Positions 49,665-58,802 of a stretch of DNA of 64,000 bases are shown here, piece after piece. The DNA is taken from assembly GCA_001786365.1 (NCBI GenBank), contig MFWK01000022.1, forward strand, positions 15,087 to 79,086. The letters run 5' to 3'. The notes below the pieces were generated by a model that made no database searches, was not told where the DNA came from, and saw only the letters and a program-made list of their open reading frames with translations. The DNA is from Candidatus Nomurabacteria bacterium RIFOXYD2_FULL_35_12 (GTDB lineage: Bacteria; Patescibacteriota; Minisyncoccia; Phycocordibacterales; UBA9973). Numbering within the stretch: the first letter of the stretch is position 1; every line of letters begins with the position of its first letter. The position numbers were made by a program, and so were the translations under genes.

Positions 49665-49931
49665 TTATTTCTTGTCTTTTTTATCTTCTATTTCTAAAGT
49701 TTTCATATATTTAAATACTACTCGCACTATGCCATATGAAGAGATTATGAATCCTAAACCAGTGCATCCTAAAAATATCCAAGGGTCTGTGCCGTAATGA
49801 CTGTCTAATGCTTTACCTATTATGAGCGCCAAAACTATAGGCACTACAACCCAAGTCGAAACCCTGCTGAATACATCAAAAGCAGGCTTCCAATCTATTT
49901 TTTTATTACTTTCATTAGTCACAAAAAACAA
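49665..49931 (-). CDS. Small membrane protein at the head of the atp operon (AtpI/AtpZ-like)
   Basis: 88 aa, two TM helices, immediately upstream of atpB. Confidence 0.4.
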   Translation of the reverse strand: MFFVTNESNKKIDWKPAFDVFSRVSTWVVVPIVLALIIGKALDSHYGTDPWIFLGCTGLGFIISSYGIVRVVFKYMKTLEIEDKKDKK

Positions 49932-49984
49932 AGCCCTTACGGCTTTACCCTAGTATAAGATAAAAATATATTGGATGCAAATGT

Positions 49985-50137
49985 AAAGTTATTTACCCTC
50001 TTCTGGTGGAAAATCTTCTTGGTATCTTTTCAATGCTTCTTTTAATGCTGCTTCTGTATCTCCAAATAAATCTTCTTCCTTAGGAATTTCATCCTGAGGC
50101 TTTTTTTCTCCCATATTTTGTGGTGCACCTTCGTTCA
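49985..50137 (-). CDS. Small acidic hypothetical protein (50 aa)
   Basis: MNEGAPQNMGEKKPQDEIPKEEDLFGDTEAALKEALKRYQEDFPPEEGK. Not in the ORF track. A hairpin AAAGCCCTTACGGCTTT follows. Coding status is uncertain. Confidence 0.25.
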
Positions 50138-50145
50138 TAAAATTT

Positions 50146-50655
50146 CTATTTTTTATCTACAAAACGTCCGCCATTAATTTTTTTGCACTTATCCCAATCA
50201 TAAATTCTTCCATTTAAAGCAATAAAAATACCTTTATCTAAAACATTAAGAGCGCCAATAGCTACACCGATATTAAACTCAGCATCCGATTCTCGAAACC
50301 TCCACGGCTGAGAAGCACCAGTCAAAATTATTACTTTATCTTTTATATCACTCAAAACTTTCGCTGTTTCAACCATTGTATCCGTTCCGTGAGTAATCAA
50401 AATTTTATTTTCTTTAGTTTTCAAACATGCTTTTTTAATTGTTTGTCTATCTCCTTCATTCATATAAAGACTGCTTTTCATTTTAAGACTGTCTTTAGCA
50501 AAAAGAGGTTCTATTTTATAGCCAAAATTTAGCTTGACTTTATCACGATATATTTCATTGATAGCAGGCTCTCCAAAAGAAAAGTTATAGATTCCTTTAG
50601 TTTCTAGATAAATTTTATCTATCGTTCCGCCACAGGTAAAAACTTTTATTTTCAT
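50146..50655 (-). CDS. L-asparaginase N-terminal-domain-only protein (type I asparaginase/GatD-like)
   Basis: 169 aa. Asparaginase motifs FTCGGTI and HGTDTM. No C-terminal domain. Confidence 0.55.
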   Translation of the reverse strand: MKIKVFTCGGTIDKIYLETKGIYNFSFGEPAINEIYRDKVKLNFGYKIEPLFAKDSLKMKSSLYMNEGDRQTIKKACLKTKENKILITHGTDTMVETAKVLSDIKDKVIILTGASQPWRFRESDAEFNIGVAIGALNVLDKGIFIALNGRIYDWDKCKKINGGRFVDKK

Positions 50656-50694
50656 AATATCTATTTATACCAGACATAGCTCATAAAATCAATG

Positions 50695-50766
50695 TGAGTG
50701 TGGAAGGAATCGGACCTTCGACCTCTGTCTTATCAGGACAGCGTTCTACCACTGAACTACACACTC
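50695..50766 (-). tRNA. tRNA-Ile (anticodon GAU)
   Basis: Reverse complement GAGTGTGTAGTTCAGTGGTAGAACGCTGTCCTGATAAGACAGAGGTCGAAGGTCCGATTCCTTCCACACTCA. Anticodon loop CTGATAA. Confidence 0.75.
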
Positions 50767-50890
50767 AAAAACTGTTTAAAAAACTATAACAGAAAATATT
50801 GAGTAAAGCAAAATTCCCCTCACCCCTTGCTTTCCCCTCTCCATTTTAAAAATAAATGGAGAGGGGTTGGGGAGAGGAAAGAGATTAAAC

Positions 50891-50915
50891 AAAAAACCAC
50901 CCAAGGTGGTTTTTT
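50891..50915. terminator. Rho-independent terminator AAAAAACCACCCAAGGTGGTTTTTT (bidirectional)
   Basis: Perfect GC stem with A- and T-tracts, 3' of the RRM-protein gene. Confidence 0.7.
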
Positions 50916-50940
50916 GTTTAATCTGAAATCTAAATTTAAA

Positions 50941-51261
50941 TTAGTATTCTCGGCGTCCGCCTCCTCCCCCATAACCTCCTCGGTCATTGCCTCCACTTCG
51001 TGGTGGGCGAGCTTCCATTGGGCGAGCTTCGTTGACAGTAAGTTTGCGTCCTTCGAATTCTTGATCGTTGAACATCGAGATAGCTTTTGCAGCTTCATCT
51101 TGAGATGACATTTCTACGAATCCAAAACCTTTTGAACGACCAGACATCTTGTCCATGATAATAACAGCGGAAACAACGTTTCCAGCCTGTGCGAAGAGCT
51201 CTTTTAGGGCACCTTCGACTGTGCTGTAAGGGAGTCCCCCTACATATAGCTTTGTAGCCAT
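50941..51261 (-). CDS. Glycine-rich RNA-binding protein (single RRM)
   Basis: 106 aa. RNP2 KLYVGGL, RNP1 KGFGFVEM, C-terminal GGYGGGGGRR tail. Confidence 0.8.
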   Translation of the reverse strand: MATKLYVGGLPYSTVEGALKELFAQAGNVVSAVIIMDKMSGRSKGFGFVEMSSQDEAAKAISMFNDQEFEGRKLTVNEARPMEARPPRSGGNDRGGYGGGGGRREY

Positions 51262-51393
51262 TTTCTTTACTTCTCCCGTTTTTAAAAATCGGGCAAAAAC
51301 TACTTAATAAAACGTAGAAACTCTTTTCGCTAAGTGAGAAACTACGATGAAAAGCATAACATATTTAAAATGAAAAGTAAATAAAGAGAATCT

Positions 51394-52359
51394 TTACTCC
51401 TCCGTTTCATTTCCCACTGCACCTGTTTCAATATCAGCAATTATTTCCCCTATTCCGCCTTCCATTATTTTCGGCAAATTGTGCCAAGATTTCTTTATAC
51501 GATGATCCGTCACGCGGTCTTGAGGGAAATTATAAGTGCGGATTTTTTCTGATCTATCTGCTGTACCTATTTGCTCTTTGCGTTCTCCGGCATATTTTTT
51601 TGCTTCTTTTTCTTCTTCTAATTGCTGAAGTTTAGCAGTCAAAATAGCCATCGCTTTTTCTCTGTTTGCGAGCTGACTGCGTTCATTTGTAGAACGGACA
51701 TCAAGTCCGGTAGGCTTGTGAATGATACGTACAGCCGTTTCAACCTTGTTCACATTTTGTCCTCCTTTTCCACCAGAACGAGAATATTCCAACTCAAACT
51801 CCGAAGGATCAATTTTTACTGTTACTTTTTTCCTTATCGGCAATACTGCCACAGATGCAGTGGAAGTATGAATCCTGCCGTTTTTTTCTGTCGCAGGCAT
51901 TCTCTGCACCCTGTGCACACCCGTCTCATATCGCATTTTACTGTAAACATCTTTACCTTTTATTTCAAAACTCGCTTCTTTATAACCATTCAAATCACTC
52001 TTTGATTCATAATTTACTTTCCAGCTCCAGCCTTGTGCTTCTGAAAACTTCTCATACATATGGGCGAGTTCCCAAGCAAAAAGAGATGCTTCGTCTCCAC
52101 CGGCACCAGCTCGCACTTCTAAAACTATTTCATTCGTCATCTCTTCCTCTTCTTTGTCTTTGTCAAAAATTTCTTGTACTTGTTTTTCTATTCTTTCTCT
52201 TTCTTCTTGAATAAATTTTAATTCCTTTACTGCCATTTCATGCAAACTATCATCGCTCGCGAGCATTTCTCGCACTTCCGCTTCTTCTCGGACAAGTTTT
52301 TCCAACATGTCAGCTAAATAGCTTGTATTATGATTTCTTTTAAGTTCTTCTAAATCCAT
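51394..52359 (-). CDS. prfA: Peptide chain release factor 1
   Basis: 321 aa. GGQ motif SGGKGGQNVNKVETAV; RF1-type tripeptide region RVQRMPATEKNGRIHTS (PxT). Confidence 0.85.
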   Translation of the reverse strand: MDLEELKRNHNTSYLADMLEKLVREEAEVREMLASDDSLHEMAVKELKFIQEERERIEKQVQEIFDKDKEEEEMTNEIVLEVRAGAGGDEASLFAWELAHMYEKFSEAQGWSWKVNYESKSDLNGYKEASFEIKGKDVYSKMRYETGVHRVQRMPATEKNGRIHTSTASVAVLPIRKKVTVKIDPSEFELEYSRSGGKGGQNVNKVETAVRIIHKPTGLDVRSTNERSQLANREKAMAILTAKLQQLEEEKEAKKYAGERKEQIGTADRSEKIRTYNFPQDRVTDHRIKKSWHNLPKIMEGGIGEIIADIETGAVGNETEE

Positions 52360-52438
52360 ATAATTATATTATACAAAAATAAATCGTTGAGTCGTAACTC
52401 TTTGCAGGGGTTTCGAGGCTGACGAGCCGAGAATTTCA

Positions 52439-52463
52439 GGATTTTTTAAGCTTCAAAAAATCC
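52439..52463. terminator. Hairpin GGATTTTTTAAGCTTCAAAAAATCC (9-bp stem) between rpmE and prfA
   Basis: Perfect inverted repeat GGATTTTTT/AAAAAATCC. Confidence 0.5.
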
Positions 52464-52494
52464 GTACCGAAAAAGAGTTATGACGAGAAAGATT

Positions 52495-52719
52495 TTATTT
52501 CTTTGCTTTAGCAGTTACGGTTGCAGCACGTCGCTTGTTGAATCTCTCTACGCGTCCAGCAGTGTCCATAATTTTTTCATTACCAGTATAAAAAGGATGG
52601 CAATTACTGCAGATTTCCATAGCAATTTCAGGCATTGTGGAACCAACTTCAAAAACCGCCCCGCAAGCGCAAGTGGCTTTTGTCTTTATATCGTATTTTG
52701 GATGTATCTCTTTTTTCAT
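52495..52719 (-). CDS. rpmE: 50S ribosomal protein L31
   Basis: 74 aa. MKKEIHPKY...CxCG...CSNCHPFYTG signature. Confidence 0.85.
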   Translation of the reverse strand: MKKEIHPKYDIKTKATCACGAVFEVGSTMPEIAMEICSNCHPFYTGNEKIMDTAGRVERFNKRRAATVTAKAKK

Positions 52720-52748
52720 TGCTCAAAAAGATTATCACGAATTCTATT

Positions 52749-54158
52749 TTAAAGCAAATCTATATCAGCTTGAATTTTTAATTTCAATTTTTGAACGCTT
52801 CGGCTATAAGAACAAGAAGTTCCCGTGCCTTTTTTTACTGTTTCATATTTTTTTGTTTTTGTATTATATATTTGGTTAAGACCTGTTCCATAGTAACTGC
52901 AAGCTGCTTTGTTTTGCTTACTAGTGCTCGTGCCCACTGCTCCAAGATCTGATAAAAACATTCCTGAAGCCATAAATGCATCTCTCGGAGCCCACGGATT
53001 GGCAACAGAACCCAAAACATCTTTCAGACGACTAGCAAAAATCTTCCAAGTAGAAGGAATAAATTGTGCCGGCCCCATAGCCCCGCCATAGCCTTTTATA
53101 TTTGCCACCGGACAAGAAACAGCAGTTTTATAAGCATTAAATCCCAGCTCCACAGTCATACTCAAAAATACCGGAACATCACGCGTAGGATTCATCACAT
53201 TTGCAAAAACTTTTCCAGTATTTTTACCGACGCCAGCCCCTGTATCAGGATTCGTCAGATAACACTGCCCGACATTTGCGCCAAGGCTGGACTCTTGAGT
53301 TAAAATCGCCAACAAAAATGCCGGATCAACTCCTAATTTACTTTTTACTTCATTTGCATATTGCAACGCTGTTCCGAAATCAATTTTTTGCGAAATACCG
53401 GCAAGACTAAAAAGAGCACTGCGAATTTTATTTGCTTGAACTTTTTTTGCATCTGCTAATTTTTGATATTCTGCCTCTTTATTTTTTGAAATAGATAAAA
53501 GTTGTTTTTTCTCTGCTTCGGATTTCGCCACAGTTTTCTGAGCACTTTCTAACTCAGCTTTTGCATCAAGTTCGGCACTTTGTTTATTTTCTAAATCTTT
53601 TTTTGCAACTTCAGTTTGTGTTTTGGCTCCATTGACTATATCAATCGAAGATTTTACAGCTTGCTTTATCGAAGTGTAAGATTCTAAATCACTATAAAAA
53701 TCTGAAACGCTTTTATTTGAAAGAATTAAACTGACTAAATTCCCATCATCAAATTCATTTGTATTTCTGAGCAATTGAGCTAAAGATTCATGTTCACGCT
53801 CTATCTTGTCGGAAAGTGATTTGATGGTATTAACTTTTTCAGTAATATTTACTTTTAATTGAGCTATTGTGAGAGCTCTGGCTTTTATTTTTGCTTTTAA
53901 TGTATTTATCTTGCTAGTTAGATAATCCACATCCCCTTTCAAAGTTCCAGAAGTTTTTTGTTGCTCTTTTTGTTGTTCCAATAAAGCTGAAAGCTGAGCT
54001 TCTATCTGAGAAAGTTCATTTTGGCAATAATCTTTATCGGACTGAGCGGAAGATACTGTAAGCGTCAAACAATCAAAAACAGCATATGTTTTATGCCCTG
54101 AAAGACTAAAAAATAAAGATATTATAAAAATAAAAGCTATGACTGCGTTTCTCGTCAT
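52749..54158 (-). CDS. Secreted coiled-coil protein with C-terminal lytic-transglycosylase-like (SLT) domain
   Basis: 469 aa. Signal peptide MTRNAVIAFIFIISLFFSLSGHKTYA, ~250 aa coiled coil, then AFLLAILTQESSLGANVGQ (the E-S catalytic context of SLT domains). Confidence 0.45.
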   Translation of the reverse strand: MTRNAVIAFIFIISLFFSLSGHKTYAVFDCLTLTVSSAQSDKDYCQNELSQIEAQLSALLEQQKEQQKTSGTLKGDVDYLTSKINTLKAKIKARALTIAQLKVNITEKVNTIKSLSDKIEREHESLAQLLRNTNEFDDGNLVSLILSNKSVSDFYSDLESYTSIKQAVKSSIDIVNGAKTQTEVAKKDLENKQSAELDAKAELESAQKTVAKSEAEKKQLLSISKNKEAEYQKLADAKKVQANKIRSALFSLAGISQKIDFGTALQYANEVKSKLGVDPAFLLAILTQESSLGANVGQCYLTNPDTGAGVGKNTGKVFANVMNPTRDVPVFLSMTVELGFNAYKTAVSCPVANIKGYGGAMGPAQFIPSTWKIFASRLKDVLGSVANPWAPRDAFMASGMFLSDLGAVGTSTSKQNKAACSYYGTGLNQIYNTKTKKYETVKKGTGTSCSYSRSVQKLKLKIQADIDLL

Positions 54159-54190
54159 AGCTTTTATTATACCATAATTTTATAAAATTT

Positions 54191-54916
54191 TTACTTCTTT
54201 TCTGCCTTCTTTTCCCCGCCTGCAACGCTATGCGCAGCATTGCGGGCAGGTTCTTTAGCTGGTGTGGTGGTGGCTGGTTCTGCTCCAGGCACTCCTTCTT
54301 CTTCTTTCTTGCCTTTCTTCTCTACTTCAATAGCGGACAAATCAGGAGCAACTACGACTTCTTCTTTTTCTTCAACTTGAGCAACGACAGAAGCTACGAC
54401 ATCGCCTGTATTTGTGATGACGACGACTCCGGATGGCAATTTTATATCAGAAACGAAAACGTTATTATCCAAGGTTTCAAGTTTTGAAATATCTACAACT
54501 AAATTGTGCGGTAAATCTGCAGGCAAAGCTTCGATTTCTATTTCATGAAGAACTTTCACAAGATTTCCAATACCACTCTTTACCGCATTTGAAATACCTT
54601 CGAATACAAGAGGAACCTTGACTCGAATTTTCTTTTTCATATCAATAACCAAAAAATCCACATGGATTGGCTCATCGGTGACTGGGTCTACTTGCACTTC
54701 ATGAATAAGAGCATTCACATCGCCAGCAGGAGTAGAAATCTTGATAGCAGAAGACTCTCCGGCATCTCGCCAGATTTTCTTGAATTCAACGATAGAAAGT
54801 GTTACAGATGTGGTCTTTTCCCCTGCTCCGTAAAAAACAGCTGGGATTTTCCCAGACTTTCTCAAAACACCCAATTTTGTATCTAAATCTCTTTTATCAG
54901 CTTTAATTACAAACAT
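54191..54916 (-). CDS. rplY: 50S ribosomal protein L25 / general stress protein Ctc (with C-terminal repeat-containing tail)
   Basis: Conserved start MFVIKADKRDLDTKLGVLRKSGKIPAVFYG at 54916 (the ORF track's 54976 start is probably too far upstream). The C-terminal tail ...EPARNAAHSVAGGEKKAEKK is encoded by the family C element. Confidence 0.75.
   Translation of the reverse strand: MFVIKADKRDLDTKLGVLRKSGKIPAVFYGAGEKTTSVTLSIVEFKKIWRDAGESSAIKISTPAGDVNALIHEVQVDPVTDEPIHVDFLVIDMKKKIRVKVPLVFEGISNAVKSGIGNLVKVLHEIEIEALPADLPHNLVVDISKLETLDNNVFVSDIKLPSGVVVITNTGDVVASVVAQVEEKEEVVVAPDLSAIEVEKKGKKEEEGVPGAEPATTTPAKEPARNAAHSVAGGEKKAEKK
54214..54250. repeat. Family C element, copy C2 (in-frame at 3' end of rplY)
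   Basis: CCCCGCCTGCAACGCTATGCGCAGCATTGCGGGCAGG: 35 of 37 positions identical to C1, same frame (PARNA.HSVAGGE). Confidence 0.7.
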
Positions 54917-55045
54917 ATAACTTAATACAATATTATCTCCTCGACTCGGAAATGGAAAAAGAAAGATATTTTCCATTTCCCTCGCCTTACGTCGCTAATA
55001 AAGATAGTATATATAAAAATACTAAAAAAGCAAATATAAATTCAA

Positions 55046-56044
55046 CTATTTATATTTCCCAATAGATGCCAGGCTATTATTTTGAGCAGATTGCAAGAGA
55101 AGCTCTTGCGCACCTGATACATCATTTGGATTCTTTGCCCAAGATTTAAAAGCAGGATTTTGAATCGCTCGGCCATAAGAAAATGAAAGTGGCCAAGGAA
55201 GAAAATTATTCTTATGCATTGCATTCAAATTCATTGTCGCCTCGAGATCGAACTGCCCACCGGAGAGAAAAACAATTCCACCGATATCCTCCGGCACATG
55301 TTCCTTTAAACATCTCAAAGTTATTTCGGCTACTTTTTCCGGAGAAGATTTTTCTTTTGATTCTTTTCCAGAAATAACCATGCTGGTTTTCAAAATCATC
55401 CCCGGTAAGAAAACATTCGCATCTTTAAGCTTGGCAAAAACCATTTCCAGATTGCGAGCAGTCACTTGATAGCATTTTTCTAAAGTATGATTTCCATCTA
55501 TTAAAATTTCTGGTTCAACGATTGGTACAATGTCATTTTCTTGGCACAATATCGCATATTTTGCGAAAATTTCCGCATTTACTTTCATACAATCAAAGCT
55601 AGGAATATGCACACCTATAGTATAAACTGCGCGCCATTTTGCAAAAGTCGCGCCGAGTTTCTTATACTCTTTTAACCTCTCACTTAAACCTTCTAAGCCT
55701 TTAGTTATTTTTTCTCCATCATGATTCGAAAAATCTGTAGTGCCAGCATCAACTTTTATTCCAATTTCTATTCCTTTTGAATTTAAAATTGAAACAAAAC
55801 TTTTCCCATCAACGGTTTTTTGTTTTATTGTTTCATCAAAAAGGATATAACCGGAAATATACTTTTCTATCTTTGGCGCGGTAATAAGAAGTTCACGATA
55901 CTCTCTGCGTTTTTCCTCTGTATTTGGGACACCAAGCTTTAGAAAACGTCCAGCACTCGTATTTAAACTCTCATCAATGGCAAGTATCCCTTTTGGTATC
56001 TTCATCAAACGAGCAACTGTTTTGGTGAGAATTTTTTTATTCAT
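55046..56044 (-). CDS. fba: Fructose-bisphosphate aldolase, class I
   Basis: 332 aa. GILAIDESLNTSAGRFLKLGV...EKRREYRELL matches class I (Schiff-base) FBA. Confidence 0.8.
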   Translation of the reverse strand: MNKKILTKTVARLMKIPKGILAIDESLNTSAGRFLKLGVPNTEEKRREYRELLITAPKIEKYISGYILFDETIKQKTVDGKSFVSILNSKGIEIGIKVDAGTTDFSNHDGEKITKGLEGLSERLKEYKKLGATFAKWRAVYTIGVHIPSFDCMKVNAEIFAKYAILCQENDIVPIVEPEILIDGNHTLEKCYQVTARNLEMVFAKLKDANVFLPGMILKTSMVISGKESKEKSSPEKVAEITLRCLKEHVPEDIGGIVFLSGGQFDLEATMNLNAMHKNNFLPWPLSFSYGRAIQNPAFKSWAKNPNDVSGAQELLLQSAQNNSLASIGKYK

Positions 56045-56126
56045 CCCGTTAGAAATAGGAAATGCTTTGCATTTCCATTGTTATATTACTTTTAATAAAA
56101 ATTTTAACCATATGATTTCTAACGGG
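56045..56126. repeat. Family A MITE-like element, copy A5
   Basis: TIRs CCCGTTAGAAAT / ATTTCTAACGGG, with an internal palindrome GGAAATGCTTTGCATTTCC. The left end abuts the fba start codon (56044). Confidence 0.75.
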
Positions 56127-56135
56127 ATTCATTAA

Positions 56136-57650
56136 TTATTTAAGTAAATCTATTAAGACCTGTTTTGTCACAGCCGGATTTGCAGAACCTTTTGTTTCTT
56201 TCATTATCTGACCGACGAGAGACATGAGTGCCTGTTCTTTACCACCCTTGTAGTCAGCAACAACTTTCGGACTAGCGTCAATAATCTTTTTTGCAATTTC
56301 TTTCAACGCTCCAGTATCGCTACTCTGAAGAAGGTTTTTCTCTGTCGCGATTTTCATCGGTGATTCATCTTTGCTATTAGTTTTTTTTGCAATCATCGCT
56401 AAAATATCTTTTGCCACGCGAGAAGAAATTTTATTTTCTGAAACAAGATTTATTAATTCTGCAAAATTTCCAACAGACGGCAGTTTTACCTCGCTTTTTG
56501 CTCTGAGTCCTATAAAATCTGTCGTAACATAATTAGACGCTATCTTTATTTGATCCTTATTTTTCAAAATTTTAGCCACTTCTTCAAACCAAGCTCCCAA
56601 ACTAGGCTCATTTATATAGCTTTCTATGTCTTCATCTTTTATTCCAAAATCTTTCTTGTATCTTGCACGTTTTGCCTGTGGAAGTTCTGGTAATTCTTTT
56701 TCAATTTTTTCTAAGTCAAATGCTTCGTGTAATTTCATCTTTGGCAAATCGGGTTCTGGAAAATATCTATAGTCTGCGCTTCCCTCTTTTTTTCTCTGAG
56801 AAAAAGTTTTTTGTTTACCATCATCCCAACCTCGAGTTTCCTGCACTATTTCTGAGCCTTTGCCTTCTTCTACTAATTTTATCATCCGATCGACTTCGTA
56901 TTTTATAGCTCGTTCAACGCTTCGGAAAGAATTTAAATTCTTTACTTCTACTTTTGTGCCTAATTTTTTTAGATCCGTAGAAACAGAAATGTTTGCTTCC
57001 ACGCGCATTTCACCTTTCTCCATATTCGCTTCGGAAACTCCAAGATACCAAAGTATAAGCTGGAGTTCTTTGGCAAATTTTGTCGAGCCTTTTGCCGCTT
57101 CTTCATCACTTTGAAAAGTTGTCGCTTCTGTCACAAGCTCCATCAAAGGTATACCTGCTCTGTTAAAGTCTACTAAACTATATCCGCCACGGTCACCTGC
57201 CCCGTACCGAGCTTGCTCTGGTTCGGGGTGCTTGTTGTTTGCTGTGTCTTCTTCCAAATGCACGCGAGTTATGTCAAAATCTGCCAAATGTCCACCAGAA
57301 ACTATTGGAAATTTATATTGAGAAATCTGATAACCTTTTGGAATATCCGGATAAAAATAATTCTTACGATCAAATTCCGTAAAGTCCGCAATTTTTCCAT
57401 CTACCGCCAAGCCGACTTTTATAACATTTTCTATCGCTTTTTTATTTATAACTGGCAAAGCTCCCGGATGCGCCATGCAAACTGGGCAGACATTTACGTT
57501 TGGCTTTTCTTCATCTGGGTCATTCTTGCAACCACAAAACATTTTTGTATTTGTCGAAAGTTCCGCATGTATTTCTAAACCAATTGTCGGGTAATACTTT
57601 TTTTCCATTATTAAAATAATAGCATATTTATAAAATATAATGAATTCCAC
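56136..57650 (-). CDS. gatB: Asp-tRNA(Asn)/Glu-tRNA(Gln) amidotransferase subunit B
   Basis: 504 aa. YYPTIGLEIHAELSTNTKMFCGC... C-terminal YqeY-like domain. Confidence 0.9.
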   Translation of the reverse strand: MEFIIFYKYAIILIMEKKYYPTIGLEIHAELSTNTKMFCGCKNDPDEEKPNVNVCPVCMAHPGALPVINKKAIENVIKVGLAVDGKIADFTEFDRKNYFYPDIPKGYQISQYKFPIVSGGHLADFDITRVHLEEDTANNKHPEPEQARYGAGDRGGYSLVDFNRAGIPLMELVTEATTFQSDEEAAKGSTKFAKELQLILWYLGVSEANMEKGEMRVEANISVSTDLKKLGTKVEVKNLNSFRSVERAIKYEVDRMIKLVEEGKGSEIVQETRGWDDGKQKTFSQRKKEGSADYRYFPEPDLPKMKLHEAFDLEKIEKELPELPQAKRARYKKDFGIKDEDIESYINEPSLGAWFEEVAKILKNKDQIKIASNYVTTDFIGLRAKSEVKLPSVGNFAELINLVSENKISSRVAKDILAMIAKKTNSKDESPMKIATEKNLLQSSDTGALKEIAKKIIDASPKVVADYKGGKEQALMSLVGQIMKETKGSANPAVTKQVLIDLLK

Positions 57651-57670
57651 AAATATAGATTGTTAATTTA

Positions 57671-57710
57671 TCTACCATCTAGAACATATGTAAAAGTTAG
57701 TAGAAATAAT
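57671..57710. promoter_or_regulatory. Promoter-like ~30-bp motif (TTTACA-N17-ATAAAT on minus strand), copy 1, upstream of gatB
   Basis: TAGAACATATGTAAAAGTTAGTAGAAATAAT is repeated directly (2 mismatches) at 58315..58353. On the minus strand it reads TTTCTACTAACTTTTACATATGTTCTA and lies ~35-60 nt 5' of the gatB ATG. Confidence 0.4.
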
Positions 57711-57715
57711 ATAAC

Positions 57716-58285
57716 TTAACTTTTTGATTTCAAAGTTCCATTTTTTGTAACTTCCAAGATTTCCACATAATCTAAAATGCCTAGCTTGCTTAAATCAGTA
57801 ATAAATCTTTCAGGTAGCTCTACCTTGCCCACCCAAACACTCTTGTGAACTAAATTAAAATCAAGCATTTGCAACATACCTCTTAAAATATTTCTCTCTC
57901 TATTGAAAGAAACTGGGATATCATAACTAATTACCACAACCTTATTTCCTAATTTTGATTTATATAAATCCTTATTTAAGGAAAAAGAATTTTGAAAATT
58001 ATTTAATTTATGTTTTCCTTTTTCGCTCAAATAAATTTGATTTAAGTCATTTTTAAAAATCAACCCTTCACTTTTTAATTTGGACAAATATTTTTTTAAC
58101 TTATCCATTTTCTGTTTGTCTAATTGTAAATTTATTCTTTTGTTTTGTATTTTTGAAAACTCGTATCTTATTTTATTACTCGTTGCGCCATATCCTGCTT
58201 GTAAAAAAGAATTTGCAAAATCAACATAATCAATCACTTCATCACCCAATAAATTAAAAATTTTATAAATAATTTCTCCTTTCAT
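57716..58285 (-). CDS. Hypothetical protein (flanked by the 30-bp direct repeats)
   Basis: 189 aa, no recognisable motif. Confidence 0.3.
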   Translation of the reverse strand: MKGEIIYKIFNLLGDEVIDYVDFANSFLQAGYGATSNKIRYEFSKIQNKRINLQLDKQKMDKLKKYLSKLKSEGLIFKNDLNQIYLSEKGKHKLNNFQNSFSLNKDLYKSKLGNKVVVISYDIPVSFNRERNILRGMLQMLDFNLVHKSVWVGKVELPERFITDLSKLGILDYVEILEVTKNGTLKSKS

Positions 58286-58314
58286 GCCATATATTATACA
58301 TCATAATTAATATT

Positions 58315-58353
58315 CTACTAATTTAGACATATGTAAAAGATAGTAGAAAATAT
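58315..58353. promoter_or_regulatory. Promoter-like ~30-bp motif, copy 2, upstream of the 57716..58285 gene
   Basis: TAGACATATGTAAAAGATAGTAGAAAATAT, a direct repeat of 57671..57710. Confidence 0.4.
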
Positions 58354-58394
58354 TTAATTTATTTTTTAAAAAATTTAATTACATAAAAAGAAAA

Positions 58395-58422
58395 TCGCCC
58401 CGGCTGGAGTGTCGGGGCGACA
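58395..58422 (-). terminator. Rho-independent terminator (TCGCCCCG-loop-CGGGGCGA + T-tract on minus strand), preceded by a second hairpin CTCGC-GCAGG-GCGAG
   Basis: Inverted repeat TCGCCCCGGCTGGAGTGTCGGGGCGA. The minus-strand reading is followed by TTTTCTTTTT. Lies 3' of the 58455..58802 gene. Confidence 0.6.
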
Positions 58423-58454
58423 ATCTCCTCGCGCAGGGCGAGATACAACATGAT

Positions 58455-58802
58455 TCATGACTGAACATACAGAGCTCCTTTCTCAAGGAGACCAGGAAGC
58501 TCTTTTTTACAGCAGTAGCATCTGAAAGATGAGCCAGCTCGAATAGTGTTGAGATTTCCACATTCCGAACAAGCTTCGCACTCCTCCAGGAAAAGGATTG
58601 GGTATGTTTGCCAAGCGTTCAAGAACACCCCAACAAGTGCACGGTCTATGATGAAATAAAGTGACGCTTCAGGTATGAAGCCTTCCCTGTCCACTTCCTT
58701 CATCATTCGATCCCAAGCTACCTTGATACTTTCCTGCGCTAATCCCCACTCTCGCAAAAAGTATAACAGACTCATTGCGTGATATGACATAGGATACGAC
58801 AT
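58455..58802 (-). CDS. Hypothetical protein with C-terminal CxxC...CxxC motif, encoded in a GC-rich island
   Basis: 115 aa. ...EECEACSECGNLNTIRAGSSFRCYCCKKE... Local GC ~45-50%, own terminator. ORF 58379..58561 overlaps and is probably spurious. Confidence 0.35.
   Translation of the reverse strand: MSYPMSYHAMSLLYFLREWGLAQESIKVAWDRMMKEVDREGFIPEASLYFIIDRALVGVFLNAWQTYPILFLEECEACSECGNLNTIRAGSSFRCYCCKKELPGLLEKGALYVQS

Noticed and set aside
50820-51108. Overlapping 92/93-aa ORFs on both strands between tRNA-Ile and the RRM-protein gene
   Set aside because: The region consists of a GC palindrome (CCCCTCTCCATTT...AAATGGAGAGGGG) and a classic terminator. The ORFs mirror each other, which is a palindrome artefact.
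52395-52440. CUGACGAG...GAAA resembling a hammerhead ribozyme core
   Set aside because: Stem II and III pairings required around the core are absent. The only solid structure is the downstream 9-bp terminator hairpin.
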